Under the pieces are notes generated by a model. That model saw only the letters and a program-made list of their open reading frames with translations. It was not told where the DNA came from and did no database searches. DNA of 38,664 bases from the NCBI GenBank assembly GCA_963753595.1, contig CAVWCX010000012.1, forward strand, positions 1 to 38,664. Direction: 5' to 3'. A program made the position numbers and the translations under genes. Below are positions 1-14,400 of this stretch, piece after piece. The DNA comes from Candidatus Methanoperedenaceae archaeon. GTDB lineage: Archaea; Halobacteriota; Methanosarcinia; Methanosarcinales; Methanoperedenaceae. Position 1 is the first letter of the stretch. Each line of letters starts with the position of its first letter.

Positions 1-921
1 TGACATAACCACACGAGGAAGTTCTTTCACAATAAGAAGGTTCAAACAATATCCTTAATCCCATCCACCTATAAATTTCAAACACATTATCCATAGAACA
101 GATGGCTTATCTATGGATAGCAGTAGAAAATAATAAGAGCCTCCGATAGCGGGCGGAACAGCTTCTGGCAAGACATCGACACTCAATTCCATATCATTAT
201 TCATTCCACCAGTGTCTAAGGTTGTGACTATAGAGATACACGAGAACGCAACTTTGTATCATTAGAACTATAGCAGGAGTAACCAGGGAACCCTTTGCAA
301 AAGGTGAAGCGAGATTGTTGAACAGTGTTCGAGCCTGCTAAAAGTAGCATTGCGCCAGAGACACGAATATATAATCGTGGTCGAAGAGCCAGGGGTAGCG
401 AAGGAAAACCCGTTCCAGGCCATGAGTAACGGGGCACACTACATTCTATAATACATGCAGGATGTCCAGGACGTAATAAGCAGGCTGGAAAATGAACCAA
501 TATAAACTTCTCCCACGCGATGTTAAAGGCGCTTGATATAATTACAGTCCAGATACAAATTATAGTAAAAGGGAAAAAAAGCAGGAGATGCAAGCAAATA
601 GTAGAGATCACAGGTCTTGAATCCCGCACAGGAATATCAGGATCAAATAAATATATTCAAATGGAATCGCTGGATAACAGTTTTGAAAAAGCGGCTGAAT
701 CGAGTAATGATCAATATCATGCTACAATGAGCAAGGGCTGGGGAATGGATCAGTTACTTGATGAGATCGACAATAGAAAAGCAATACTTCAGTATATGGT
801 AAAAAACAATATCCGCATTACAAGAGTTTCGCAAATATCATCCGAGACAGACTGTATCGATCCGAAAGAGGTCATAACAAACATGAAAAATGACCGATTA
901 AAAGAGTTTGTAAAATCATGA
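1..921 (+). pseudogene. Type II/IV secretion (TadA/FlaI/VirB11-family) ATPase, C-terminal part; runs off the window edge, multiply frameshifted (probably sequencing error)
   Basis: Walker [11 protein letters not shown] at 149-178, followed in shifting frames by TIE(D)TRE, LRQR..YIIVG and FQAMS.GH-like motifs. ORF 520-921 supplies the C-terminus (KALDIITVQ...RRCKQIVEI). Confidence 0.8.
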
Positions 922-2725
922 TAAATTCAGAGACCGGGTATCTTTCGGAAAATTTGTATATCTGAGAAACTTACTGATGAGCTAAGGGGAAGTATAAGAA
1001 AGGCGCATATAGCTAGAAATGTGCATAGTTGATGCTCAGTTCTTTATTGTACTGGACTCATTGCAGCCTTGATATCTCTTGTTTTTGGATTTATTATAGC
1101 ACCGTATCTAACGAAAATAGCTTCACAATCATCCTGATCACTGCAATTTGGGCAATGATCGGGGGATATGCTACATATCTGTTATTGATCTCTTATCCGG
1201 CAATTCCAAAGCTAAAAACCGGTCGTATCTTATAGACCGTTCCATGCCTCATGCTGTAACTTACCTTTATGTGCTTGAGCAGGGGCGGGATAGAACTAAC
1301 CGATATGTTCAAAACCCTGGGTCATATGATCCATATCTATGGCGGCACTGCAGAAAAATTGCCTGATTGTCCGGGATATGGAATATTTGACGGGATGGAC
1401 ATAGTAGCAGCTCTTCATAATGAACATGAGGACACCTTCGAGGAAGTTTAAGGATTTATCATAATCTCATCTCTGTAATAAACACGGCGGTAGTACTTGA
1501 GTCTGTTTTTTAAAAACAGGTCTGGAATTTTATCAGGAGATCAGCTGCCCAGGACCAAAGGTTTTTCCTTGAAACGCTGGGCCTTTTTGGGAGGTCTATG
1601 TCACGCATGGTTGTAGGACCATTGATTCGTATTTGTAGAATAGTTGTTCTGGGATTACGAAAGGCGGATAGAATAGAGAAATTCTTATTGCATCAATAAT
1701 ATATACGTGATTTCGGTTGGCACTGCTCTTTATCTGTTCTTATAGACATTATTTCTGGGATTTCTGAGAAGAAATGCCTGTCATTTATACCAGAGTCAAA
1801 AGCCCGGAGGTTTTTAAAGATGTTCCACAATTTAAGGTGAACAGTCCCGTGAATCCTGGGATATGAAGAAACTGGAACATTACGAAAAACTATCTAAAAT
1901 AAAGCTTTCGTTTAATCCCCTGAAAATGTTCATGGAAAAACCGGCAATAACATTCTTCATAACAGTACCCATTTCTATAATATATCTATTTTTCAATACC
2001 AGGGCTTATATTTCAGTAGAAAACCATTTTTTAATGGGCGATCCTTTTTTGTCATTACCCCATTTACTGTTTTTTTTGATTTTAATATGCAGGATAAGAA
2101 AATTTGAAGACAGAATGCCTGATTTCCTGAAACGGTTGCCGGATAAACTAGGCTGGATCACGCTCACCCAGGCCATCGAGCACGGCCGAATAAAACCTGG
2201 ATTACTTACTTATGAGATAAAAAAGGTAAGCTGCGACTATCGAATGGGGGACGATAACCACAAGTGCGTCACAGAAAATTGAAAAACGCATTGAATCGAG
2301 CAAATTTCAAGGGTAATCACTTTGATCGAAGAGCTAGCGAATCATAAAGCGATATTCGAAAGAACTTTCAATTGCAGCCAAAGATGCAGATATTGGGAAG
2401 CGATTGAAATATGAAGGGTTCGTAGCCTGTTTATATATGTACTGATCGTCTATCTTTCATTTTTTGTATTTTTATATATAATCGTGGTCCTCCTGGCATA
2501 TACCTTGGAAAATGCCCACTAGCGGTGCGGTCTCAGTGTTAGATTTCCAGTCTCGCAAATATAAAAACACTTTTTTCCTCATGCCTACTGCTGCAAGGCT
2601 TGTTTTCAGGACTGGTGGCTGGACAGATGGGTGAGGGAAATCCGCGGGCAGGATTGAAACATTCTATAGTGATGCTTGTCATTGCATATGTCTTATTTAC
2701 ATATTTCCTGCAGGGAGTTGGATGA
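918..2725 (+). pseudogene. Type II secretion system F-domain (TadC/FlaJ-like) membrane platform protein, fragmented by frameshifts
   Basis: Fragments IDRSMPHAVTYLY, FEDRMPDFLKRL and C-terminal GLFSGLVAGQMGEGNPRAGLKHSIVML are typical of archaeal GspF-type proteins. ATG at 918 overlaps the ATPase stop; TGA at 2723-2725 overlaps the next ATG. Confidence 0.72.
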
Positions 2726-5700
2726 TCCTGGCTAAAAAAATATTTAGAAATTTTTTAAATTGTGAATCAGCAGTAAGTGAGATCATTGCCTCTATAATGC
2801 TTCTGGCAATTGCTGTTTCTGTTATAGCGCTGGTCCAGACAGAGTCTGTACCCGAATGGAATAAAAAGGTGGAAATGGATCATTCTGATGTTGTTTACGA
2901 TGATTTCCTGAAAATGAGATCTGATATTGAAACAGCTGCCCTGTTCCAGTTCCCGAAGTCGGGCGTGATCCACATGGGCGCCCACTATCCGGGAAGGTTG
3001 ATTTTTATCAATCCTGCTCACACATCAGGTACCCTGATTCTACAAATGTTACCTGGATAAATGTGAGTTATAAGCCTTTCAATCAGACTCCCACGTATTT
3101 TAATAATTCATCAACGAGTATAAAATTTGTGCCGAATTACAACTATTATTCCAATGCGCCTTCGTTTGTATATGGACACGGGCTGGTTATTAAAGATTTC
3201 ACAATTGACAATTAGAATTATACCGATACCAGCGAGGCTATTTTTGGCAATAGAGAATATCAATGTCTTTATGCTCGCTTATCCTCAGGAATCTGTGTCT
3301 TCTTCAGGAATAGATGCTCTGAATTATAATCTTCAATCAAAAAACAGCACAGGGAACAATACTAATGTAACAGTCACATTTTATACCAATTATCCCCAGC
3401 TCTGGAATGCGTCTTTAAGAAAATATAATTTAAATCCAATTGTGTCTGGTAACATTGTAACAGTTGATTATCCGGGTAATATTACTATTAATTTTTACAC
3501 TTTCAACGGGTCAATTGATTCAGGTATAGGTGTATCTGCAATAACAGCAACTCCAGCGCCGAATATTACACCCACCCCCAATGAATTCAACTATGTATTT
3601 GATTTCCTGAATATAACAGGCATTGTGACTGATTTCGAGAATGCTCGAAATGCCAGCGATGGGGCGGTTTCGACATTTTCCGAAGTTCTGGTAGGAGAAA
3701 ACAAGAGCAACATAAGTAGGAACCCGGTTAAAACTATAATCACAGGCACTCAATCAGGCACATATAATTCAAGCTATCTTGATTCCGTAGATGGTAATAT
3801 CGATATAACCAGGCCAAATCTAAGACAAATTAAGACCGTGGTCTATTACATGGGGCAGCGGGAATCTGCTACTGATCTGGCTTCCGGCACCAACTTTACT
3901 ACCGACCTGTGAGTGTTTATCTACCGAACAGGGTGTGGTTGTAAAGCAGGCATGGCTTGAACTCTGGCAGTTGAGCGGAACAACCACAACAGCCGATGTG
4001 ACTGCGCTAAATATGTACCTGAACGGCATGGATTACTCTGCACATAACAGGCGGTACATACCAGGCTGAGACTGGCGAGTCGTTAATCACAGTGGCAAGG
4101 GCAAACGTTACACCAGCTTTTTCGGCATTTATAAATCCAACGACATTTACTGCTGCGGTCAAAACAGGTAAAGCGGCCAGTAATGCGCAGGCGCTCATGC
4201 TTTATATTACCTATGAATATGACTCCAATTCGCCTGCACAGTTAAAGACCGTGAGATACCCGCTTGATACAAATACAGGATTGCGGTCCGCAGGAAGTAC
4301 GACGACGTTCAACTACAACGTATCAATTCCTGAAGCCGCAACAATCAGAAGCTCATGGTTTGAAATCCGGGGTATGATAGACAGCGCCAGTACTAATGAC
4401 GCCACAATTAAAGCTAAGATTGAACCCAATGCCACGTTTAGCACAGGGGTAAGCCTCGATATGGCAGATAGTGATATTTATGGATTCTTGTACCTTTTTG
4501 ATACAACTTCACAATTTTCAGAAAATACACCGCAAACATTGACCGTCCAAAATCTTGCCCAGGCTGTTTATGCGCTCGGAGGCGAAGTTGTGGTGACATA
4601 TGAATATTCAAATAATGCGCCTGTCCAGCTTAAAACCGTGAAGTATTTTGTTGGACAGAAGACAGCCACAGGTGGAACGGCGCTGCTATCCGATTATACA
4701 ACGGTTTTCCTTCCGGAGCAGGATGTAAACGTCAAGAGTGTATGGGCAAGGGTGAGGTCAACTTACACTACTTCGACCGCCGGAACCCAGACAATAGCAG
4801 GCAAGATAGGCGGCACAACAACTATTTCTCATGCATTCACGCTTGACATGAACCAGAAATTGATCGGGGATTATATGATAATATATAATATGACAGAGGC
4901 CGCTTCTTCTCTGGTTAATAATACCCTGGTCTTCGTAAATAATACCTTTAATAATGCGGCGCATGGTCCTCCTGCAACTGAATTGTATATAACCTATTTG
5001 TATGACCCCAACTCAACAAAAGAATTAAAGACTGTAGAATATCTTGCAGGGCAGAGTCAGGTACAGGCATCCGCGAGAAATGATAACTTTAATATCACTA
5101 TTCCCGAGAGGGAAACCATAAGAAGGGACGCATATATCGATTATATTGTCATGAGTTCAGCCACTACGGATTTCTCCACTAACAGCGCCGTTGATACGTC
5201 ATTTTCAAGCAAAACAGTGAATATTGACGGTACTTCTGATGCTATTACTGCCGGCGTGCTGAACAATGATATACAAGAAAGGATAACAGCTTCAAGTAAC
5301 ATCTATGCAATCAACTATTCTACTGTTTCTCCTGCCTCTTTCTCCGGTATAGCCAGGCTTACCTACGGATTTAGTAAGACCTATGATCTTAATGTTACTT
5401 ACAGCTTTACCGAGAAAAACGCAAGCGTGACGTGGCAGAGTATAAGTGTAAACGACAACTCGTTTGGGGATGCGCTCACAGATGTCAGTATTCTGAATGT
5501 CACAAGCGGAGCATGGGAACCGATAAAAACAGCCTTGTTTGTCGGAGGAACCAGCCCTGGAGAACATGTTAATGTAACAATTGGAGCAAACGGCAATGCC
5601 AGAAGCTATAATGCAAGCGACAAAATAAAGCTCATGTACAACTGGACGGCAGCGGCAATGAACAACAGTCTTGGAATAGATCGGATAAATGTAACTGTAA

Positions 5701-6038
5701 ATTATATTATGTCTGGTACATACAAGCTCAATATCACAACAAATACTACAGACATACCCCAGACAAGTAATCACACATTGCAGCTAAGATACAATGTTTC
5801 AAGAGATAATTTCACATTGCAGCTCTGGAATGGATCATCCTGGAACAACAGGGCTACTCTAAACGATACTTCTTTGTCTTATCGCAACGTTACCCTGCTC
5901 CCTAACGAGTTGATTCTTTATAGTAATGCAGGAGGCATTAATAAATATTATTCACTTGTTCGCTATATGGACGTGAACGCAAGTGCAACACAGATGGGTA
6001 CCCTTTATCTTGATTATCAGAGAATTTACAATAATTAG
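2722..6038 (+). CDS. Large pilin-like/adhesin surface protein with class III signal peptide; probably one ~1100-aa gene broken by frameshifts near 3040, 3210-3250 and 3905-4030
   Basis: N-terminus ESAVSEIIASIMLLAIAVSVIALVQ...VPEWNKKVEMDH is an archaeal prepilin-like pattern. Downstream ORFs 3127-3912 and 4092-6038 are Asn/Thr/Ser-rich with many N-x-S/T sequons and share repeats across the frameshift. Confidence 0.7.
3820..5375 (+). repeat. Four tandem ~130-138-aa protein repeats in the pilin-like protein
   Basis: QIKTVVYYMGQ (~3825), QLKTVRYPLD (~4240), QLKTVKYFVGQ (~4626) and ELKTVEYLAGQ (~5022), each followed by a (V/I)x(L/I)PE..(W/Y) segment and ending in (L/V)xxTYxY-like motifs. Confidence 0.75.
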
Positions 6039-6113
6039 CGCAATTAATTCAGGAAAGCCATAAACTTATAAATGTTCCAGTTAATATTAACCGTATAATA
6101 TTTATGGTGGAAA

Positions 6114-6674
6114 ATGCAAAATTTTGAACAAGAATTAACCAATTTGCCGAAACATTTCATTATATTGGTCGTATCAAGTTCAGTTCATTATATGGAAAAC
6201 AACCTGGAAATACTTAAAATATTACTTAATGAAAAAAAAATGTCAGGTATATATATTAATGTCAGCAGGAGTTATGACAACATTTCAGAGATCATGACAT
6301 CAAAAAATATAGATATATCACGACTTTTTTTCATAGATTGCGTAAGTTTAAGTACCGGGATCAAACCTGTTAAAAAAGATTCGGTATTGTATGTGAACTC
6401 ACCATCCGACCTGACAGAAATTTCGATCGTTCTTGATCAACTTGTCCAGACAATCCCAATGCAAGAGAGGTTCCTTTTTTTAGATTCCCTTTCAGCGCTC
6501 CTGATCTATAACTCATCAAATATAACAAGCAAATTTGCACATTTCCTGACTGTCAAAATGAGGCAATGGAAAATCATAGGAATTTTGATAGCCCTTGAAA
6601 AAGAAACTGATGAGAAGTTAATTTCATTAATAAGCCAATTCGCTGACAAGATAATATTTGCAGATAAGGGGTGA
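6114..6674 (+). CDS. Degenerate RecA/KaiC-like (RAD55/DUF835-like) domain protein lacking Walker A
   Basis: GIYINVSRSY, LFFIDCVS and FLFLDSLSALLIYN (Walker B-like) motifs, ending QFADKII; no GxxxxGKT. Confidence 0.7.
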   Translation: MQNFEQELTNLPKHFIILVVSSSVHYMENNLEILKILLNEKKMSGIYINVSRSYDNISEIMTSKNIDISRLFFIDCVSLSTGIKPVKKDSVLYVNSPSDLTEISIVLDQLVQTIPMQERFLFLDSLSALLIYNSSNITSKFAHFLTVKMRQWKIIGILIALEKETDEKLISLISQFADKIIFADKG

Positions 6675-7909
6675 TGGTAATGGTAAATAAATCGCAGGAA
6701 AATATAGTACACGCTTTGATAGTTATACTGGGTATAGTTTTTTTTCTGATAATATACGTGATCGCCACAGAGAACAAAGAAGAAGTTAGAATTGAAGCTA
6801 AGAATGCTATTCTTTTAAAAGAGGTCTATGTGATATCAAATCAATTAGATAATTGGTTCATGCAGGGTCAGTCCGATACTTTTTTTTTAAGCCATGATGA
6901 AGATATCAGAATATACGCTGAAACATCCAATATCACTGCAATAGATGAATCAACAGATCTTTTTTTACAGTATGCAAAAGCCAAACAAAGATTTTATCAA
7001 TTACAATTTATAAACGAAACGGGACAGGAGCTGATACGGATATATTATGACCCGGAGGTTTCAGATTATGTAGCTATGCCAAATTACCAATTATCAAACG
7101 TAAGTAATTTTCCATATTTCAAAACAACAACAGGTTTTCCCGATAATGATTTATATGCATCTGAAATTCTTCATGTAAATACCTCCTCTCAGGGAATATC
7201 TAATGAAGTTATTATCATATATGCAACACCTGTGATCAATTCAACTGGCGTCATGAAAGGAATTGTAGTTGTTTGTCTGACGGTTGATAAGCTACTGGAT
7301 GATATACAAAAAAAATTGATCCGCAACATGGAAGAGCCAGAGTATTTCATAGTGGATCAAGATGGATATTATATTTATAATTACAAAAATAGTCACAAAG
7401 AATTTGCAAAGTACCATGGAATAGAAGAGAATCTCAGGAAAGATTATCCAAAAAGCTCCCCGGAAATGTTATCCGGGACAGATGGACAGATAATGGATAT
7501 TCAAATGGGTCTTGCTGATTTTCAAACATACCATTTTAATCCTGCCAATCTGTCGCAATACATTGTGATAATCGGTGTGAACAAATTCGCATTGATCTAT
7601 CAAATCCTTCTTGATGGCATTGTGATCAGTATTGGCGCATTTTCTTATATATTTCTTATTTATGCATACAGGAATTTCATAAAAGGTGATTTTAAAAAGC
7701 TGCTTAGCTTTATGATTTTAATATTGACGTTCATTGGTATTTACAAAACCCTTGAAATACTGGAATTATATTATCAATTCGAAGGATTATTTCTCATTGA
7801 GCAAACTGCATTGATCCTTAGCATACTGATGATCATAGGATTCGCCTGGCATCTCCTTGAATTCTCCAAAATGTACGGATTTGCTGACAAAAAAACATTC
7901 AAAAAATAG
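6671..7909 (+). CDS. Membrane sensor with extracellular dCache domain and C-terminal TM bundle, no cytoplasmic output domain
   Basis: N-terminal TM; Cache motifs QLQFINETGQELIR, YFKTT, IIYATPV, YFIVDQDGYYIY; about three C-terminal hydrophobic helices; GTGA overlap with the upstream gene. Confidence 0.75.
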   Translation: MMVMVNKSQENIVHALIVILGIVFFLIIYVIATENKEEVRIEAKNAILLKEVYVISNQLDNWFMQGQSDTFFLSHDEDIRIYAETSNITAIDESTDLFLQYAKAKQRFYQLQFINETGQELIRIYYDPEVSDYVAMPNYQLSNVSNFPYFKTTTGFPDNDLYASEILHVNTSSQGISNEVIIIYATPVINSTGVMKGIVVVCLTVDKLLDDIQKKLIRNMEEPEYFIVDQDGYYIYNYKNSHKEFAKYHGIEENLRKDYPKSSPEMLSGTDGQIMDIQMGLADFQTYHFNPANLSQYIVIIGVNKFALIYQILLDGIVISIGAFSYIFLIYAYRNFIKGDFKKLLSFMILILTFIGIYKTLEILELYYQFEGLFLIEQTALILSILMIIGFAWHLLEFSKMYGFADKKTFKK

Positions 7910-8055
7910 TAATGTTTTTATAAATACTAAAATCGCTATGCATTGAAGTGATAAGGTATATAAGGTATAAAAACAATCAGACCCCGAAGGTATTCAAAGA
8001 CTGAAGGCATGAAATTTGATTTAAAATTAGTTGAAAACGGGATAATTTTAAATAA

Positions 8056-10717
<2,662 letters not shown>

Positions 10718-10724
10718 AATTATT

Positions 10725-11045
10725 ATGCAGCCAATAACAGAAGAACTTATCAGGGAAATCAAAGACTGTATTGTCGGTACAGTCCATCCTGACAAGATTA
10801 TCATTTTTGGTTCATACGCTTATGGAACGCCCACGAAAGATAGCGATCTGGATTTACTCGTAATAATGCCATCGGATGAACCTATGCATAAGAGAGTGCT
10901 TCCAATAAGGAAGTTGCTTCGTGATTTTCATGTTCCTAAAGATATAATTGTTTATACTCCAGATGAAGTGGAGAAATGGAAAAATGTTACTAATGCATTT
11001 ATTACATCAATAATGAAAAAAGGAAAGGTCATATATGGATTATAA
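10725..11045 (+). CDS. Minimal nucleotidyltransferase (MNT), putative antitoxin
   Basis: IIIFGSYAYG...DSDLDLLVI (GS-x10-DxD) motif; 106 aa; ends GKVIY. Confidence 0.9.
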   Translation: MQPITEELIREIKDCIVGTVHPDKIIIFGSYAYGTPTKDSDLDLLVIMPSDEPMHKRVLPIRKLLRDFHVPKDIIVYTPDEVEKWKNVTNAFITSIMKKGKVIYGL

Positions 11046-11430
11046 AGATCTGGCAAAAAAATGGTTCAATAAAGGAAACAATGACCTTACAGCAGGAAAA
11101 TATCTTCTTTCCATGCCAAAGCCGCCTGCAGATATAATATGTTTTCATGGTCAACAAGCAGTTGAAAAATACATTAAGAGCTTCCTTGCATTGCATGGCA
11201 GAGAAATTCCAAGAATACATGATCTGGAAGAGGTAATCTCTCTATGTGAAGAAATTGATTCAGAATTTTTCGAATTATATGAAATATCCTCCGAATTATC
11301 AAGTTATGCGGTAGATGTCAGATATCCAACGGAAGGAGATTACGACGTATCGATTGAAGACGCACATAGAGCAATAGACATTGCCGAAAAAATCAAAAAA
11401 TTCATTTTAAACAAATTAAAATTGAGCTGA
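11035..11430 (+). CDS. HEPN domain protein, putative toxin partner of MNT
   Basis: CFHGQQAVEKYIK, PRIHDL and VRYP motifs; overlaps MNT by 11 nt. Confidence 0.9.
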   Translation: MDYKDLAKKWFNKGNNDLTAGKYLLSMPKPPADIICFHGQQAVEKYIKSFLALHGREIPRIHDLEEVISLCEEIDSEFFELYEISSELSSYAVDVRYPTEGDYDVSIEDAHRAIDIAEKIKKFILNKLKLS

Positions 11431-11435
11431 TACCC

Positions 11436-14400
11436 ATGCCAGAACCAGAATCCAAAGAACCAGAACAGCAAAGCCTTGTACCACAAAAGATCACCCTGGT
11501 AAACATCGAGGATGAAATGAAGCGCTCATATATCGATTATGCGATGAGCGTCATTGTTGGCCGCGCTCTTCCTGATGTCAGGGACGGCCTGAAGCCGGTA
11601 CACAGGCGCATCCTGTATGCGATGAACGAGCAGGGGATGACCCACGATAAGCCCTACAAGAAATCAGCAAGGATCGTGGGAGACGTTCTTGGTAAGTACC
11701 ACCCGCACGGCGATATCGCTGTTTACGATTCTCTCGTAAGGATGGTACAGGAGTTTTCTTTACGATATCCTTTGATAGATGGACAGGGAAACTTTGGCTG
11801 TTTTACAGGTGATACTAAGATCAAACTGTTAGATGGTACTGAAAAATCGTTTGAGGAACTTGCGAGTTTGAGCCCAGATGATATTTTTTATGTATATTCA
11901 GTTGACGATAAAGGGCATATCGTGATTGGGGAGGGCAAAAATGCCCGGATAACCCGCCATCAGGCAGAACTCTTAGAATTGACGATCGATAATGGTGAAA
12001 AGATACGCTGCACGCCAGACCACAGATTCATGCTGCGCGATGGCACATATAAAGAGGCGCAGGATCTCACTATCGATGATAGTCTTATGCCAGGATACTT
12101 TGATACTGCTCCGGTTAAAGAAGGGCTTAATGATTACCTGAGAGTGTTGCAGCCCAAATCCGGTGAATATGATTTTGTACACCATCTTGCTGATGATTTC
12201 AACTTCCTAAAAGGAATAGCAAAAGGAACCGGAGGACCATTCGTCCGGCATCACAAGAATTTTGATCGGATGGATAACCGTCCGACCAACATCGAACGCA
12301 TGGAATTTCTGGAACATCTGCATTTACATGCGGAATGTATCACAGAATTATGGGAAGATGATGAATTCCGCGAGAGACAAAAACAGGGTGTGAAGCGCTA
12401 TTACAATGAGCATCCGGAAGTACTTGAAGAACGCAGATCAAGATTCAAGAACCAGAATAAGGATGAAGAATTCCGCAAGGAAAATGCACTTCGCAGTTCA
12501 GTCGGGATGAAGAAATATTTCATTGAGAACCCCCACGCAGGCGCTGAAATTTCAAAGAGGATGAAAGCGTTATGGGAAGATGAGGATTATCGCGCTAGAA
12601 TGAAAATTGCGCTTGCCAATGTTGAGAAACGTGAGCTATCACCAGAAGAAAAAACAAGAGTAACGCAAATCATTTCTGAAAAAAGCAAGAAAATGTGGGA
12701 AAATGATGAAAAGCGCTCTGAAATTATTGAAGCTATTTCTCTCGCTTTGTCATCTGAAGAAGTTCGGGCAAAACTGAGCGAAAATTCCAGGCGCAATTGG
12801 CAGAATCCGGAATATCGAGCAAAGTATCCCAAAGATCACTTTTCTAAAATGGCTCAAAAATGCTGGGAAAAACCGGAAACACGAGCAATGCATCGAGAAA
12901 AAATCGCAGAACAGCGGCAAGACCAAGCTTTCCGTGATGCTCAAAGGAACGGTGTCATCCAAAGTAATGAGCTTCGAATGCAACAAAATCCCACAATGAT
13001 GTCAGACCTTGCAGCGCATGCGGCCTCCAAACTTGTTGAAAAATGGACTGAACCTGAATACAAGAACACGGTAATGCGCCAGAAGATCGCAGGATATGTC
13101 GCACAATTATTGAAAAAATATGAGGTGGTCACTCCAGAGGTTTATGATGCGAACAGGAATATGAATTGGATCCCTCGTATTGAAACAGCTCTAAAATATT
13201 TTAATGATTTCGATCATCTTTTGCATACAGCTAAAAACTACAACCATCGCATAATATCCAAACGGTTCTTAGATGAACGTGTTGATACATACGATATTTC
13301 CGTTGATAGATACCACAATTTCTTACTCGCATGTAACGTATTTGTTCACAATTCTATTGACGGGGACAGTGCCGCTGCAATGCGATACACTGAAGTACGG
13401 CTCGGAAAGATCGCAGATGAGATACTCGGTGACATCGATAAAGAAACCGTGGATTTCGTTCCAAACTATGATGATTCTTTAAAAGAGCCTTCTGTTCTTC
13501 CATGCAAGCTCCCGAATCTTCTAATCAATGGTTCCACAGGTATCGCCGTGGGCATGGCTACCAACATGCCTCCTCATAATCTTGGCGAAGTGATCGATGG
13601 AATAACAATGGTCATCGATAATCCTGCTGTGGAATGGAATGAACTCATGACCGCAGTCAAAGGACCTGATTTCCCAACGGCGGGTTTTATCTATGGCCGG
13701 CAGGGGATCCGGGATGCGTACTCCACAGGCCGCGGCTCGATAAAGATGCGCGCCCGCGCAATAATCGAGGAAGTAAAGAACAAGGAAACGATCATTATTA
13801 ATGAGCTTCCCTACCAGGTGAACAAAGCAAAAATGATCGAAGATATTGCAGGTCTTGTCCGGGATAAGAAGATCGCGGGGATAACCGATCTTCGCGATGA
13901 ATCCGATAAAGATGGCATCCGCGTCGTCATTGAGATATCACGACAGGCCCAGGCCAACATTATTTTGAACCAGCTTTACTCGCACACACAGCTTGAAACC
14001 ACTTTTGGCGTAATCAACCTGGCTCTTGTAGATGGGCGCCCGATGGTCCTGCCATTAAAAGAATTAATCACCAATTTTATTTCCCACAGGAAGCAGGTCA
14101 TAATACGAAGAAGCCAGTTCGAGCTCAAGAAAGCACAGGCGCGCGCCCATATACTCGAAGGATTGATAATCGCGCTTGACCATATCGATGAAGTCATCAA
14201 GCTCATAAGAGCCTCACAGACACCTGATGAAGCCCGCGATGGTCTTATGGCACAGTTCGGCTTGAGCCTTGAGCAGGCAAAGGCTATTCTTGACATGAGG
14301 CTCCAGAGGCTCACGGGTCTTGAGCGCGAGAAGATCGATGCCGAGTACGGGGAGCTCCAGAAGACAATAGCCTGGCTAATAGAACTCCTGGAAAGCGAAA

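Noticed and set aside
7951-7968. Tandem ATAAGGTAT x2 upstream of gyrB
   Set aside because: Only two 9-nt copies in AT-rich intergenic DNA; may be part of a promoter, but no function can be supported.
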